Assembly: GCA_902598595.1 (NCBI GenBank)
Contig: CACKCD010000001.1
Location: 1 to 60,296 of the forward strand
DNA from: an uncultured Pelagibacteraceae bacterium
Lineage (GTDB): Bacteria > Pseudomonadota > Alphaproteobacteria > Pelagibacterales > Pelagibacteraceae
DNA length: 60,296 nucleotides
Reading direction: 5' to 3'
Shown: positions 42,381 to 54,435 of the stretch, piece after piece
Position numbering within the stretch: position 1 is the first letter of the stretch
How the letters are laid out: each line of letters begins with the position of its first letter
Notes under the pieces: model-generated
What the model was told of the DNA's origin: nothing
The model's database searches: none
Seen by the model: the letters and a program-made list of their open reading frames with translations, nothing else
Position numbers and translations under genes: made by a program

Positions 42381-44299
42381 TGACCAAATTAATTAGACAA
42401 ATAAACTTTCCAGCAGATTTAAGAAAATTTAAAAAAGATCAACTTAAACAAATCTCAGATGAATTAAGAGATGAGTTGATCGATGTAGTCTCTGAAACTG
42501 GTGGACATCTTGGAGCTGGGTTAGGTGTAGTAGAATTAACTATAGCTTTACATTATGTTTTCGATACTCCTAAAGATAAGTTAGTTTGGGATGTAAGTCA
42601 TCAATGTTACCCTCATAAAATTATAACAGGAAGAAAAGATAAAATTAAAACCTTAAGAAAAGGTGGAGGTTTATCAGGATTTACAAAAAGATCTGAAAGT
42701 GAGTATGATCCTTTTGGAGCGGCTCATAGTTCAACCTCTATATCATCAACACTTGGAATGGCAGTAGCTAAAAAGTTATCAAATAATAATAATAATGTAG
42801 TTGCAGTCATAGGAGATGGCGCAATGAGTGCAGGCATGGCCTATGAAGCTATGAATAATGCAGGAGCATTAAAATCTAAACTTATAGTGGTCCTCAATGA
42901 CAATGATATGTCAATTGCAAAACCTGTAGGCGCTATGAGCAAATATCTTGCAAGACTTTTGTCTGGGAAATTATATTTTAGTCTTAGAGAAACAGTTAAA
43001 ATGGTTATTTCTGCTTTTTCAAAAAGATTTAGCCAGAAGGCAGGTAAAGCAGAAGACATGTTGAGAGGATTAGTAACAGGTGGAACTTTATTTAGTGAAT
43101 TAGGTTTTTATTATATAGGTCCCGTCGATGGACACGATGTAGATAATCTAGTGCAAATATTTGAAAATGTGAAAAATTCAAGTCATCAAGGCCCAATTTT
43201 AATTCATGTAAGAACTCAAAAAGGGAAAGGTTATAAACCTGCTGAAGAATCGGGCGATAAATATCATGGAGTGTCTAAATTTAATATAGCTACTGGGGAA
43301 CAAAGTAAATCTAAATCAAATGCTCCTTCATACACAAAAGTTTTTGCTGAAACATTAATTAAGCATGCAGAACAAGATACTAAAATTATTGGAATTACTG
43401 GAGCAATGCCTTCAGGAACAGGTTTAAATTTATTTGAAAAAAGATTTCCAGATAGGACTTTTGATGTTGGAATAGCTGAGCAGCATGCTGTTACTTTTGC
43501 CGCTGGTCTGGCAACCGAGGGATATAAACCATATGCTGCAATTTATTCAACTTTTCTTCAAAGAGCCTACGATCAAGTCGTTCACGATGTTGCGATTCAG
43601 TCATTGCCTGTAAGATTTGCGATAGATAGAGCAGGCCTTGTAGGTGCAGATGGGCCAACACATGCTGGCTCCTTTGATATCACATATTTATCTACTTTAC
43701 CTAATTTTGTTGTTATGGCTGCTAGCGATGAGTCTGAATTAGTAAAAATGATTAATACTTCTGTCAACATAAATGACCGTCCATCAGCATTTCGGTATCC
43801 AAGAGGAAATGGGTTAGGGATTGAGATGCCTTCGATTAATGAATTATTAGAAATTGGAAAAGGAAGAGTTATCAAAGAAGGAAAGAAAGTTGCAATTTTA
43901 AATTTTGGAACAAGACTAGAAGAATGTAAGAAGGCTTCAGATATATTGTCTAAAAAAGGAGAAGATATTACAATCATCGATGCAAGATTTGCCAAACCAT
44001 TAGATAAAAAATTAATAATGGAAGTTGCAAATAATCATGAGGTTTTAATTACAATAGAAGAAGGTTCAATAGGAGGTTTTGGTTCTCATGTAATGCAATT
44101 TCTTTCTGAAAGAGGTGTATTTGACAAGGGTTTAAAATTTAGATCGATGATTCTACCTGATTTATTTATTGATCAAGACACTCCAGAAAAAATGTATGAG
44201 AAGGCAGGATTAGATAGTTTATCAATCGTGAATAAAATTCAAGAAACTTTGAATTCTAATATTTTGTTAGCTAAGAATAAAAATAAGATATCTAATTAA
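42380..44299 (+). CDS. dxs: 1-deoxy-D-xylulose-5-phosphate synthase
   Basis: [21 protein letters not shown] and [13 protein letters not shown]. Confidence 0.98.
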   Translation: MTKLIRQINFPADLRKFKKDQLKQISDELRDELIDVVSETGGHLGAGLGVVELTIALHYVFDTPKDKLVWDVSHQCYPHKIITGRKDKIKTLRKGGGLSGFTKRSESEYDPFGAAHSSTSISSTLGMAVAKKLSNNNNNVVAVIGDGAMSAGMAYEAMNNAGALKSKLIVVLNDNDMSIAKPVGAMSKYLARLLSGKLYFSLRETVKMVISAFSKRFSQKAGKAEDMLRGLVTGGTLFSELGFYYIGPVDGHDVDNLVQIFENVKNSSHQGPILIHVRTQKGKGYKPAEESGDKYHGVSKFNIATGEQSKSKSNAPSYTKVFAETLIKHAEQDTKIIGITGAMPSGTGLNLFEKRFPDRTFDVGIAEQHAVTFAAGLATEGYKPYAAIYSTFLQRAYDQVVHDVAIQSLPVRFAIDRAGLVGADGPTHAGSFDITYLSTLPNFVVMAASDESELVKMINTSVNINDRPSAFRYPRGNGLGIEMPSINELLEIGKGRVIKEGKKVAILNFGTRLEECKKASDILSKKGEDITIIDARFAKPLDKKLIMEVANNHEVLITIEEGSIGGFGSHVMQFLSERGVFDKGLKFRSMILPDLFIDQDTPEKMYEKAGLDSLSIVNKIQETLNSNILLAKNKNKISN

Positions 44300-45378
44300 C
44301 CACACTGAGCTCGATGCATTAACAAATGATCGAGAATTACACAGCTTAACATCGCTTCCCCTATAGGTACTGCTCTGATACCAACGCATGGATCGTGTCT
44401 TCCTTTCACAGAAATTTTTGTGTTCTTACCTTTTTTATCTATGGTTTCACGGCTAGTTAAAATTGAAGAAGTTGGTTTAACCCCAAAAGAAGCAACAATA
44501 TCTTGACCAGAGGAAATTCCACCCAAAATTCCCCCTGCATGATTAGTTTTAAATTTTATTTTTCCAGAATTTTTTCTAATTTCATCAGAGTTTTCTTCAC
44601 CACTCAAAAAAGCAGAATTCATCCCTGAACCAATATTTACTCCCTTTACCGCATTTATACTCATAAGAGCTGCAGCGATATCAGTATCCAATTTTGAATA
44701 AATAGGAGCACCTAATCCCACTGGAATTCCTGAAGCTCTTAATTCAATAATTGCTCCACAAGAAGAACCGGCTTTCCTAACAGCTAAAAGATATTTTTCC
44801 CACAACTTTACAGACTTTTTATCAGGACAGAAAAAAGGATTTTTTCTTATTTCTGAGTCCTTCCAATTTTGTTTATCACAAGACATTAACCCCAATTGGG
44901 TAACTGCTCCAATAATATTAAATTTTATTCCTATAATTTTTTTTAAAACTATTTTAGCAACAGCACCTGCTGCTACTCTACAAGCTGTTTCCCTAGCAGA
45001 CTGTCTACCGCCACCTTTAAAATCTCTGATTCCATATTTTTTGAAATAAGTGTAATCAGCGTGCCCAGGTCTGAATTTATTTTTAATAGACTCATAATCC
45101 CTAGATTTTTTATCCTCATTATAAATTATAATCGAAATTGGTGTTCCAGTTGTTTTTCCTTCAAATACGCCTGAAAGAATTATCACCTTGTCGGACTCTT
45201 TTCTTTGAGTAGTAAATTTAGATTGCCCAGGTCTTCGTCTATCCATATCTTTTTGGATATCTTTTTCAGATATAGGGATATTTGGGGGGCAACCATCAAT
45301 TACACAGCCTATAGCAGGACCATGGGACTCTCCCCATGTAGTAAATCTAAATATTTTTCCAAAAGTATTAAAAGACAT
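44296..45378 (-). CDS. aroC: Chorismate synthase
   Basis: GESHG, RPGHAD, SARETA and GRHDPC. Confidence 0.98.
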   Translation of the reverse strand: MSFNTFGKIFRFTTWGESHGPAIGCVIDGCPPNIPISEKDIQKDMDRRRPGQSKFTTQRKESDKVIILSGVFEGKTTGTPISIIIYNEDKKSRDYESIKNKFRPGHADYTYFKKYGIRDFKGGGRQSARETACRVAAGAVAKIVLKKIIGIKFNIIGAVTQLGLMSCDKQNWKDSEIRKNPFFCPDKKSVKLWEKYLLAVRKAGSSCGAIIELRASGIPVGLGAPIYSKLDTDIAAALMSINAVKGVNIGSGMNSAFLSGEENSDEIRKNSGKIKFKTNHAGGILGGISSGQDIVASFGVKPTSSILTSRETIDKKGKNTKISVKGRHDPCVGIRAVPIGEAMLSCVILDHLLMHRAQCG

Positions 45379-45412
45379 AGTTATTTAATGTATAAATTAT
45401 TTTAAAGAATAT

Positions 45413-46045
45413 ATGAATCAAAAAAATGGCAAAAATTCACTTGGAATAGATAGTTGCTTCGAGGAAGCAGTTAATCCTATTGATTTGTTTAAAAAATGGT
45501 TTTCGGAAGCTCAGAAGACTGAAATAAATGATCCAAATGCTGTTGCGATAGCGTCATCTGATAAAGATAATCAACCAAACGTGAGAATAGTTTTGCTAAA
45601 AGGATTGAGTGAAAAAGGGTTTGTTTTTTATACAAATTTTAATAGCAAAAAAGGGAGTGAATTAAAAACTAATCAGAAAGCTTCAATGTGTTTTCATTGG
45701 AAAAGTTTAAGAAGGCAGGTAAGAATTTTAGGAAAGGTTGAAGAAGTAACTTCTAAGGAAGCAGATGATTATTACAATTCAAGACCTTATAAAAATAAAA
45801 TTGGTGCATGGGCTTCCTCTCAATCCCAAGTATTAGATAAGAGAGAAACTTTTTTAGAAAAAATAAAAAAATTTGAAAAACAATATTCAGATCAAGATAG
45901 TGTTCCAAGACCACCTAATTGGTCTGGATGGAGATTGATGCCAAGACAAATTGAATTTTGGTTAGACGGAGAAGGAAGAATTCATGAAAGATTAAATTAT
46001 AAGAAGATTAACGACAAATGGAGCAAAGAACTTCTTTATCCTTAA
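45413..46045 (+). CDS. pdxH: Pyridoxamine 5'-phosphate oxidase
   Basis: RIVLLKG, FYTNFNSKKG, RQVRI and EFW. Confidence 0.95.
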   Translation: MNQKNGKNSLGIDSCFEEAVNPIDLFKKWFSEAQKTEINDPNAVAIASSDKDNQPNVRIVLLKGLSEKGFVFYTNFNSKKGSELKTNQKASMCFHWKSLRRQVRILGKVEEVTSKEADDYYNSRPYKNKIGAWASSQSQVLDKRETFLEKIKKFEKQYSDQDSVPRPPNWSGWRLMPRQIEFWLDGEGRIHERLNYKKINDKWSKELLYP

Positions 46046-47055
46046 AAAGATCTATTTAGACTAAAACTAGTTAAATTTTGTAAAATTCTTTTTTCTTCAT
46101 TATCAGGAAAAATACCTAAAGAGTCATAGGAAACATTAACAAAATATTCAGCTCTTTTTAAACTCGCTTCTATTGCTTTATATTTATTTATCAAAGCTAA
46201 AGTTTCACTAAAATCATCTTCATTTCTTTTATTTTTTTTTAAAATTTCAGATAAAAAATTTCTTTCTTCTGAATTGCCTTTTTGAAATACAATGATTAAT
46301 GGAAGAGTGACTTTTCCTTCAAAAAAATCTTTACCAATTTCCTTTCCAAAAAATTTATCTTTTCCAAAATAATCTAAAGCATCGTCCGCTATCTGAAATG
46401 CAAGACCAAGATTTTTTCCATAAGACTCTAAAGCCTTTTTCTCTTTGTCATTAACTTTTGCAAGACATGCCCCCGTTTTTGTTGCAGCCGAAAAAAGTGA
46501 AGCTGTTTTTAAATTAATAATATCAATGTATGTATCCTCTAGAAGATCGGCTTCCCCTTTATGTTGAAGCTGCAAGACTTCACCTTGTGCAATTTTAGCT
46601 GAAGTAGAAGATAGCAACTTTAGAATTTCTAAATCTCCATCTTCAACCATAATTTCAAAACATCTGCTTAAAAGATAGTCTCCAACTAAAATAGAAGATT
46701 GATTTCCCCAAATAGAATTAGTAGTTTTAACACCTCTTCGCAAAGAACTTTCATCAATCACATCGTCATGTAATAATGTAGCTGAATGAATAAGCTCGAC
46801 GCACGCAGCTAAATTAATATCTCGATCTCCAAGTTCATAACCAGATAATTTAGAGGATCCTAAAGTCAGAAGTGCTCTAAGTCTTTTACCCCCAGACTTA
46901 AGATGATGTTCAGACATTTTTTCAATAAGGCTTACATCGCTCTTAAGTTTTAGCCGAACTAAATTTTCTACTTTTTCTAGTTTAGTTCCCACGAGGTTTT
47001 TAAGCTCCAAGTAGGCTGAATTTGCGGATTTTTTTAGCGGTACTACTGATCCCAT
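46042..47055 (-). CDS. ispB: Long-chain polyprenyl diphosphate synthase
   Basis: GGKRLR, LLHDDVID and FQIADDALD. Confidence 0.93.
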   Translation of the reverse strand: MGSVVPLKKSANSAYLELKNLVGTKLEKVENLVRLKLKSDVSLIEKMSEHHLKSGGKRLRALLTLGSSKLSGYELGDRDINLAACVELIHSATLLHDDVIDESSLRRGVKTTNSIWGNQSSILVGDYLLSRCFEIMVEDGDLEILKLLSSTSAKIAQGEVLQLQHKGEADLLEDTYIDIINLKTASLFSAATKTGACLAKVNDKEKKALESYGKNLGLAFQIADDALDYFGKDKFFGKEIGKDFFEGKVTLPLIIVFQKGNSEERNFLSEILKKNKRNEDDFSETLALINKYKAIEASLKRAEYFVNVSYDSLGIFPDNEEKRILQNLTSFSLNRSF

Positions 47056-47202
47056 TAATTCAATTATAATTGATTTTCTTAATAATAAATTTTTAATTCA
47101 AACCCTGGTGACGCACCCACAATTCAACTAGAAGTAGCGTAATAAAATAATTAAAATTTAAGTTATTACTGTTATAAGAATAATTATAACGATCATAAAA
47201 AT

Positions 47203-48015
47203 ATGTTTTCTATTTTCAAAAAAAAGAAGGTTGTACCTCATGTGAGATTAACTGGCATAATTGGCTCTGCTGGTCGTTTTAAACAAGGTATGGAATTAGC
47301 CAATCAAAGGGATATCCTAAAAAAAGCTTTTTCAGTAAAAAAGATTTCTCACGTGGCTATTTCAATAAATTCTCCCGGAGGATCGCCCGTACAATCACAC
47401 TTAATTTATAGTTATATAAGAGAACTTGCTGATAAAAAAAAAGTAAAAGTTTTAATTTTTGCTGAAGATGTTGCTGCCTCAGGAGGATATTTCATTGCAT
47501 GTGCAGGAGATGAAATATTTGCTAACTCAAGTTCAATAATTGGTTCCATTGGCGTTATATCAGCTTCATTTGGTTTTAAAGATTTAATTCAGAAGATTGG
47601 AGTTCAAAGAAGAGTGTATACTGCAGGAAAAAATAAAAGTACTTTAGATCCTTTTGTAGAAGAAAAAGAAGAGGATGTAAAAAGATTAAAAAATATCCAA
47701 TTAGAGTTACATGCTGATTTTATTAAAGTTGTTGAGACCAGTCGGGGATCAAAATTAAAAGATCCAGAAAAAAATAATATTTTTACAGGAGAATTTTGGA
47801 CAGGTAAATCAGCTTTGAGACTGGGCTTAATCGACGGTATTGGGAATGCAGATCAAGTTCTTAAAGAAAAATTTGGAGAAAAAGTTATAATTAAAAACTT
47901 TGAAAAAAGGAAAGGTTTTTTAGCAAAAAAACTTTCTTCATCAATCTCTGATCCTTTTGATAAAATAATAAATAATTTAGAAGAAAAATCGATGTGGCAA
48001 AGATTTGGTTTATAG
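47203..48015 (+). CDS. S49 family peptidase (SppA-like)
   Basis: INSPGGSPVQS, AASGGY and GSIGV. Confidence 0.92.
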   Translation: MFSIFKKKKVVPHVRLTGIIGSAGRFKQGMELANQRDILKKAFSVKKISHVAISINSPGGSPVQSHLIYSYIRELADKKKVKVLIFAEDVAASGGYFIACAGDEIFANSSSIIGSIGVISASFGFKDLIQKIGVQRRVYTAGKNKSTLDPFVEEKEEDVKRLKNIQLELHADFIKVVETSRGSKLKDPEKNNIFTGEFWTGKSALRLGLIDGIGNADQVLKEKFGEKVIIKNFEKRKGFLAKKLSSSISDPFDKIINNLEEKSMWQRFGL

Positions 48016-48888
48016 ATGCCAACTAAAAAAAAATTAAAATCTTTATCTTTTCAAGAGATCATAATGAATCTGCAAAAATTTTGGGGAAAATATGGCTGTG
48101 TAATCTTACAACCTTATGATTTAGAAGTAGGAGCAGGAACTTTTCACCCCGCAACAACTTTAAGATCTTTAGGACCAAAACCTTGGAAAGCAGCTTATGT
48201 GCAGCCTTCAAGAAGACCAACAGATGGAAGGTACGGAAAAAACCCTAATCGATTACAACATTACTATCAGTATCAAGTTATAATTAAACCTTCACCTGAT
48301 AATATTAAGCAAACTTATTTAAAAAGTTTATCTACAATTGGTATTGATGTTAAAAGTCACGACGTGCGTTTTGTCGAAGATGACTGGGAAAGTCCAACAC
48401 TAGGTGCCGCAGGATTAGGCTGGGAAGTTTGGTGTGATGGTATGGAGATAACACAATTTACTTATTTTCAACAAATGACAGGATTAGAATGCAAACCTAT
48501 TCCAGTTGAAATGACCTATGGCTTGGAAAGATTATGTATGTTTGTCCAAGGAAAAAAAAATGTATTTGATCTTGACTGGAACAATGAAGGAGTAAAATAC
48601 AAAGATGTATTTTTTCAAGCAGAAAAAGAATTTTCTGCATACAATTTTGAATTTGCTAATACCGAAACTTTATTAAAAAATTTTGAGTCAACAGAAATTG
48701 AATGTAAATCTTTATTAGATAATAAACTTTCTTTACCTGCATATGATCAATGCTTAAAAGCAAGTCATATATTTAATTTACTTGATGCTAGAGGAGTAAT
48801 TGGTGTTGCAGAAAGAACTGGATACATTAACAGAATAAGAGAACTCGCAAAAGGATGCGGAGCACTTTGGTTAAGTACCCAAATTTAA
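48016..48888 (+). CDS. glyQ: Glycine-tRNA ligase alpha subunit
   Basis: [16 protein letters not shown] and TYGLERL. Confidence 0.98.
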   Translation: MPTKKKLKSLSFQEIIMNLQKFWGKYGCVILQPYDLEVGAGTFHPATTLRSLGPKPWKAAYVQPSRRPTDGRYGKNPNRLQHYYQYQVIIKPSPDNIKQTYLKSLSTIGIDVKSHDVRFVEDDWESPTLGAAGLGWEVWCDGMEITQFTYFQQMTGLECKPIPVEMTYGLERLCMFVQGKKNVFDLDWNNEGVKYKDVFFQAEKEFSAYNFEFANTETLLKNFESTEIECKSLLDNKLSLPAYDQCLKASHIFNLLDARGVIGVAERTGYINRIRELAKGCGALWLSTQI

Positions 48889-48894
48889 TAAATT

Positions 48895-50949
48895 ATGTCT
48901 GAATTTTTGCTTGAACTTTATAGCGAAGAAATACCTCCTCAACTTCAAATTAATGCCAGAACGCAACTTAAACAAGCACTCAAAAACTCTTTTAATGAAG
49001 AAGGAATTCAATACAAGGATTGTTTAGAATATTCAAGCCCAACTAGATTAAGTATTTACATAAAAGGTATTCCTGAAAAGATTAAAATTAAATCAAAAGA
49101 AATTAAAGGACCCAAGGTAGGAGTTCCGGAACACATTCTACAAAGTTTTACTAAGTCTCGTAATGTTTCTGAGAAAGATCTATTTAAAAAAGAAACAGAA
49201 AAGGGCAAATTTTACTTTGTAAAAACTGCAGAAAAAAATATTTCAGTAGAAGATTTGTTGACTAGCATTTTACCAAAAGCCATGTCTTCAATTAGTTGGA
49301 AAAAATCTATGAAATGGTCAACAAACAATCTAATGTGGGGTAGACCACTTAGATCAATATTTGCCATATTTAATGGTAAAAAATTACCTTTTAGGTATCA
49401 GCATTTAGAGTCGACAGATAACGTTATTATTGAGAAAGATTTAATTACAAAATCTCAAAAGATTAAAAGTTTTAAAGAATATTTTTCACTTCTCAAAAGT
49501 AATAAAATTGTTGTAGATCAAAATGAAAGACAAAAAATAATATTAAAAAGATTCAATTCAGTTTCAAAATTAAAAAACTATAAAGAGCAATATAATCAAC
49601 GTCTTTTAGAGGAAGTTGTGAATATTGTAGACGATCCCAATGTATTATTGGTTGATTTTGATAAGGAGTATTTAAAAATTCCTGAAGAAATAATTATTTC
49701 TACACTTGAAAAGCATCAAAGATACTTTCCTATATTTGATAACCGAGAAAAGCTGACAAATTATTTTTTTGTTGTTGCCAACAAGAAAGATGAGAAAAAA
49801 CTTATCACAGAAGGAAATAAAAGAGTTGTAGATGCACGACTTTCTGATGCCAAATTCTTTTGGGAAAAAGATAGATCTAAGAACCTTATAAAACAAATAG
49901 CTAATCTTAAAACAATTACTTTTTATGAAAAAATGGGAACCATTTACGATAAGACTCAAAGAATTAAAAATTTAGCTGGCTTACTTTCAGACGAATTAAA
50001 TATAAATAAAGAAAAAGTTCAGGTGGCTGCATCTATTTCAAAATCAGATTTATGCTCAGACTTAGTGGGAGAGTATCCAGAATTACAAGGCGTGATGGGA
50101 AAATATTTTGCACTAGCGCAAGGCTTTGAAGAAGATGTTGCAAATGCTATAAGCGAACATTATCTCCCTACAGGTTTAACGTCGGTAATACCAAAGAAAC
50201 CTTTTAGCTATTCAATCGCTATTGTAGATAAGATAGATAGCTTAGTAGGCTTTTTTCTTATTGATGAAAAACCAACCAGCTCAAAAGATCCTTTTGCGCT
50301 TAGAAGATCGGCGATTGGTTTGCTAAGAATTATTATTGAAAACAAATTGTCAATTAGATTAAGAGATCTTATTAATTATGCAATCAGACTTTACGAAGAA
50401 CAGGGAATTGAAATTAAAAATGAAAACACAGAAATGGAAGTGCTTAATTTTTTAAAAGAAAGGATGAGAAATATTTTAAAATTAAAAAATATAAAAATTG
50501 ATATTATTGAAGCTTCGATCAGCTCTCATACTGGCGATACTTTTTTAGATCTTTATAAGAAAAACCTTTTGATGAACAAATATATTAATAAAGATGTAGG
50601 AATAAATGCTATTAATTCATATAAAAGGGCCTCTAATATTACTGATAAAGCGGATAAGGAAATCACTGGTAGACCAGATGCAGTACTTTTTAGAACAGAA
50701 GAGGAAAGAATATTATATGAGAAAATTAATGAAATAAGGAAAGCTTTTACAGTCAAAGAAAACAATAAAGATTATGAAAACTTATTAATTAGGCTATCAG
50801 AAACAAAACAATTTACAGATAATTTTTTTGATAATGTAGTTGTAAATGATGAAAATCAAGATATTAAGAATAATAGATTAGAACTGTTAAAAATGTTTTG
50901 TAACACATTTAATAATTTTATTAATTTTTCGAAATTAGAAGGTATTTAA
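48895..50949 (+). CDS. glyS: Glycine-tRNA ligase beta subunit
   Basis: LLELYSEEIP, EYPELQGVMG and SKDPFALRR. Confidence 0.97.
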   Translation: MSEFLLELYSEEIPPQLQINARTQLKQALKNSFNEEGIQYKDCLEYSSPTRLSIYIKGIPEKIKIKSKEIKGPKVGVPEHILQSFTKSRNVSEKDLFKKETEKGKFYFVKTAEKNISVEDLLTSILPKAMSSISWKKSMKWSTNNLMWGRPLRSIFAIFNGKKLPFRYQHLESTDNVIIEKDLITKSQKIKSFKEYFSLLKSNKIVVDQNERQKIILKRFNSVSKLKNYKEQYNQRLLEEVVNIVDDPNVLLVDFDKEYLKIPEEIIISTLEKHQRYFPIFDNREKLTNYFFVVANKKDEKKLITEGNKRVVDARLSDAKFFWEKDRSKNLIKQIANLKTITFYEKMGTIYDKTQRIKNLAGLLSDELNINKEKVQVAASISKSDLCSDLVGEYPELQGVMGKYFALAQGFEEDVANAISEHYLPTGLTSVIPKKPFSYSIAIVDKIDSLVGFFLIDEKPTSSKDPFALRRSAIGLLRIIIENKLSIRLRDLINYAIRLYEEQGIEIKNENTEMEVLNFLKERMRNILKLKNIKIDIIEASISSHTGDTFLDLYKKNLLMNKYINKDVGINAINSYKRASNITDKADKEITGRPDAVLFRTEEERILYEKINEIRKAFTVKENNKDYENLLIRLSETKQFTDNFFDNVVVNDENQDIKNNRLELLKMFCNTFNNFINFSKLEGI

Positions 50950-53609
50950 TGGCAAAAGTAATATTTAGTTTTGATGACAAATCAGCAAGAAAACTAAAAA
51001 ATAAAAAATATATATTAGGCGGCAAGGGAGCAAACCTTGGTGAAATGGGCAGATTAGGCTTACCTGTTCCTCCAGGTTTTACTATATCTACCAGTGTATG
51101 TGATATTTTTTATAAAAATAAAAAAAAATTACCGAATAAAATAATTAAAAATATTGAAGAGGAATTAAAGAGAATTGAAAAGAAAACCAAAAAGAAATTT
51201 GGTAATTTAAATAATCCATTACTTGTCTCAGTAAGATCTGGAGCAAGAGTTTCAATGCCAGGTATGATGGATACAATATTAAATCTTGGTCTTAATGATA
51301 AAACAGTAGAAGCTTTAAGCAAAAAAACATCAAATGGACGATTTGCTAAAGATAGTTATAGAAGATTCATTCAAATGTATAGCAATGTCGTTCTGGGTAT
51401 TGAAGGATATTTATTTGAGGAGTTAATTGATAATTATAAACTTACCAAAGGAGTTCTGTTAGATACAGATCTTGATGAAAGTGATTGGGATGGATTAATT
51501 AAAAATTTTAAAGAAATAGTCAAAAAAGAAAAAAAAATTAACTTTCCTCAAGATGTTAAACAGCAACTTTATGGAGCTATTAATGCAGTATTTTTATCTT
51601 GGGAGAGTCAAAGAGCTAAGACTTATAGAAAATTAAATCAGATCCCAGATCATTGGGGAACAGCAGTAAACGTTCAAGCTATGGTTTTTGGTAATATGGG
51701 TAAAGACTGCTCTACTGGAGTAGCTTTTACTCGAAACCCTTCAACCGGAGAAAAATTATTCTTTGGTGAATTTTTAATTAACGCTCAAGGAGAAGATGTC
51801 GTTGCTGGAACAAGAACGCCTCAATACATTACAAAAAAAGCTAAAAAAGACTCAGGTTCAAAAGAACTTTCAATGGAAGAAGCGATGCCTCAAGTTTACC
51901 AACAACTTGCAAAATTTTTTGTTAAACTAGAAAAACATTATCGAGACATGCAAGATATAGAGTTCACTGTTGAAAATAAAAAATTGTGGATGTTGCAGAC
52001 TAGGTCTGGAAAAAGAACAGCAAAAGCAGCTATTAAAATAGCGGTAGATATGGTCAAAGAAAAACTTATTTCTAAAAAAGAAGCAATACTTAGAATAGAT
52101 CCGAACACACTTGATACTTTATTACATCCAACTTTAGATGAGAGAGTTAATAAAGAAATTATTGCTTCAGGTTTGCCAGCCTCACCAGGAGCAGCAAGTG
52201 GAAAAGTTGTTTTTACTGCCGATGAAGCTGAAAGACTTAAAGGAATGATGCAAGATACAATATTAGTTAGGTTAGAAACTTCTCCAGAAGATATTCACGG
52301 TATGCATGCTGCAAAAGGAATTTTAACAGCACGAGGTGGAATGACAAGTCATGCTGCTGTAGTTGCTAGAGGCATGGGAAGGCCTTGCGTATCCGGTTCA
52401 AGCGAAATTACAATTGATTATGAAACAAAACAATTTAAAGCAGGCAATGAAATTATAAAAGAGGGCGATGTGATAACTATCGATGGAGGAAGTGGAAAAG
52501 TTATGAAAGGCTTAGTTCCAACTGTCCAACCCGAGATTTCGGGATACTTTTCTACAATTATGAAGTGGGCTGATGAATTTAGAAAATTAAAAGTTAGAAC
52601 TAACGCTGAAACTGAAGCTGACAGCAAGACAGCAAGAGAGTTTGGTGCTGAAGGAATAGGTTTATGTCGAACAGAGCATATGTTTTTTGATGAAGAAAGA
52701 ATTTTATCAGTAAGACAAATGATTCTATCAAAATCTATAGATGATAGAAATCACGCATTGATGAAGCTTTTACCCCATCAAAAAGATGATTTTAAAAGAA
52801 TATTTAAAGTAATGTCTGGTTTACCTGTTACAGTTAGGTTGCTTGATCCACCACTTCATGAATTTTTACCAAAAGCGGAAAAGGACATAGAAGAAGTCGC
52901 TCGATCTTTAAATTTATCATCAAAAGAAATTAAAGATAGAATTTCAGAACTTCATGAAGAGAATCCAATGCTGGGGCATAGAGGTTGTAGACTAGGAATC
53001 TCATTTCCAGAAATTTACGAGATGCAATGCGAAGCTATTTTTGATGCATTAATTGAGCTAAAAAAAGAAAAAACAAAAGCAGCGTTTGTTGAAATAATGA
53101 TACCATTAGTTTCAACAGACACAGAATTAAAAATTTTAAGAGCTTTAGTAAAAAGAATAGCTAAAAAAATTGAATTAAAAAATAAAACTAAATTAGACTA
53201 TATCGTTGGAACAATGATTGAGTTACCGAGAGCAGCTTTACAAGCTAAATCAATTTCAAAACATGCGGATTTCTTCAGTTTTGGAACTAATGATTTAACA
53301 CAAACTACGTTAGGCATTAGTCGTGATGACTCCGGTAAATTTTTAAATGATTATATCGATAATAAAATTTTTGAAGTTGATCCATTTGTGAGCATCGATC
53401 AAAGTGGAGTAGGTGAGCTTGTTGAACTAGCTTCTTCAAGAGGAAGAAAAGTTAATAAAAAAATTAAACTAGGAATTTGTGGTGAACACGGTGGAGACCC
53501 AAAGAGTATTGAGTTTTGTTCTAGAACAGGTTTACATTATGTTTCTTGTTCACCATTCAGAGTTCCTGTTGCAAGATTAGCTGCTGCTCAAGCTGAATTA
53601 AGAAGATAA
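50949..53609 (+). CDS. ppdK: Pyruvate, phosphate dikinase
   Basis: LGGKGANL, SMPGMMDT, GGMTSHAAVVARG and SFGTNDLTQ. Confidence 0.98.
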   Translation: MAKVIFSFDDKSARKLKNKKYILGGKGANLGEMGRLGLPVPPGFTISTSVCDIFYKNKKKLPNKIIKNIEEELKRIEKKTKKKFGNLNNPLLVSVRSGARVSMPGMMDTILNLGLNDKTVEALSKKTSNGRFAKDSYRRFIQMYSNVVLGIEGYLFEELIDNYKLTKGVLLDTDLDESDWDGLIKNFKEIVKKEKKINFPQDVKQQLYGAINAVFLSWESQRAKTYRKLNQIPDHWGTAVNVQAMVFGNMGKDCSTGVAFTRNPSTGEKLFFGEFLINAQGEDVVAGTRTPQYITKKAKKDSGSKELSMEEAMPQVYQQLAKFFVKLEKHYRDMQDIEFTVENKKLWMLQTRSGKRTAKAAIKIAVDMVKEKLISKKEAILRIDPNTLDTLLHPTLDERVNKEIIASGLPASPGAASGKVVFTADEAERLKGMMQDTILVRLETSPEDIHGMHAAKGILTARGGMTSHAAVVARGMGRPCVSGSSEITIDYETKQFKAGNEIIKEGDVITIDGGSGKVMKGLVPTVQPEISGYFSTIMKWADEFRKLKVRTNAETEADSKTAREFGAEGIGLCRTEHMFFDEERILSVRQMILSKSIDDRNHALMKLLPHQKDDFKRIFKVMSGLPVTVRLLDPPLHEFLPKAEKDIEEVARSLNLSSKEIKDRISELHEENPMLGHRGCRLGISFPEIYEMQCEAIFDALIELKKEKTKAAFVEIMIPLVSTDTELKILRALVKRIAKKIELKNKTKLDYIVGTMIELPRAALQAKSISKHADFFSFGTNDLTQTTLGISRDDSGKFLNDYIDNKIFEVDPFVSIDQSGVGELVELASSRGRKVNKKIKLGICGEHGGDPKSIEFCSRTGLHYVSCSPFRVPVARLAAAQAELRR

Positions 53610-54431
53610 TTCTAAACTAACATCAAAAGATTTGGCGCTGTGCGTTATAGCTCCTACTGATATTCTATTAATTCCTGTGTTTGAAATTTTCTTAATGTTT
53701 TTTAGAGTAGCATTACCAGAATATTCAGTTTCATATTTATTTTTGCAAATTTTTAAACATTTTTTTAATTGTTTCGGGCGCATATTATCGAATAAAATTC
53801 TTTTAAATTTTATACCTAAAACTTTATTTAATTGTTTTGAATTTTCTATTTCAACAGTAATGATTTTTTTAGTTTTGATAGCTTTTTTGATTAATTTTTT
53901 TAAATTATTTTCAGCACTTATATGATTATCTTTGATTAATATTTCATCACTTAAATTGTAACGATGATTATATCCCCCACCTTTTTTTACAGCATATTTT
54001 TCTAACAATCTGAGATTTGGTGTAGTTTTTCGAGTACAGCATATTTTAGTTTTTTTGTTTACTTTGTTAACATATTGGTTGGTTAAGGTAGCAATACCTG
54101 AGGCATGATTTAAAAAATTTAAAGCAGTCCTTTCCGCAATTAAAATTGTTTTTGTTTTAGCTTTTATTTCTGCAATAACTTTATTTTTTTTAATCTTTTT
54201 CCCATCTTTTATTTTTGCTTTAAAACTTGCTTCTTTGCCGACTAATTTGAAAGCTGCTTTACAAAAATCTAGTCCAGCAATTACTCCATTTTGTTTTGCA
54301 ATGATTTTTGCTTTTGATTTTTTATTTTTAAAACTAATTAAATTTGTTGTGATATCGCCTCTAGGCTTTAAATCTTCATCTAAAGCTTTTTTAACGACAG
54401 AATTAATATATTTTTGATTTAATTTTTGCAC
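53598..54431 (-). CDS. nadC: Quinolinate phosphoribosyltransferase
   Basis: ERTALN, TRKTTP, HRYNLSD and IKDNH; GTG at 54431 is the probable start. Confidence 0.95.
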   Translation of the reverse strand: MQKLNQKYINSVVKKALDEDLKPRGDITTNLISFKNKKSKAKIIAKQNGVIAGLDFCKAAFKLVGKEASFKAKIKDGKKIKKNKVIAEIKAKTKTILIAERTALNFLNHASGIATLTNQYVNKVNKKTKICCTRKTTPNLRLLEKYAVKKGGGYNHRYNLSDEILIKDNHISAENNLKKLIKKAIKTKKIITVEIENSKQLNKVLGIKFKRILFDNMRPKQLKKCLKICKNKYETEYSGNATLKNIKKISNTGINRISVGAITHSAKSFDVSLELSS

Positions 54432-54435
54432 TGAT

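Noticed and set aside
47089-47142. Short frame IFNSNPGDAPTIQLEVA resembling a tmRNA tag or leader peptide
   Set aside because: No canonical start or SD, no tRNA-like domain, and no ANDN...AA tag pattern
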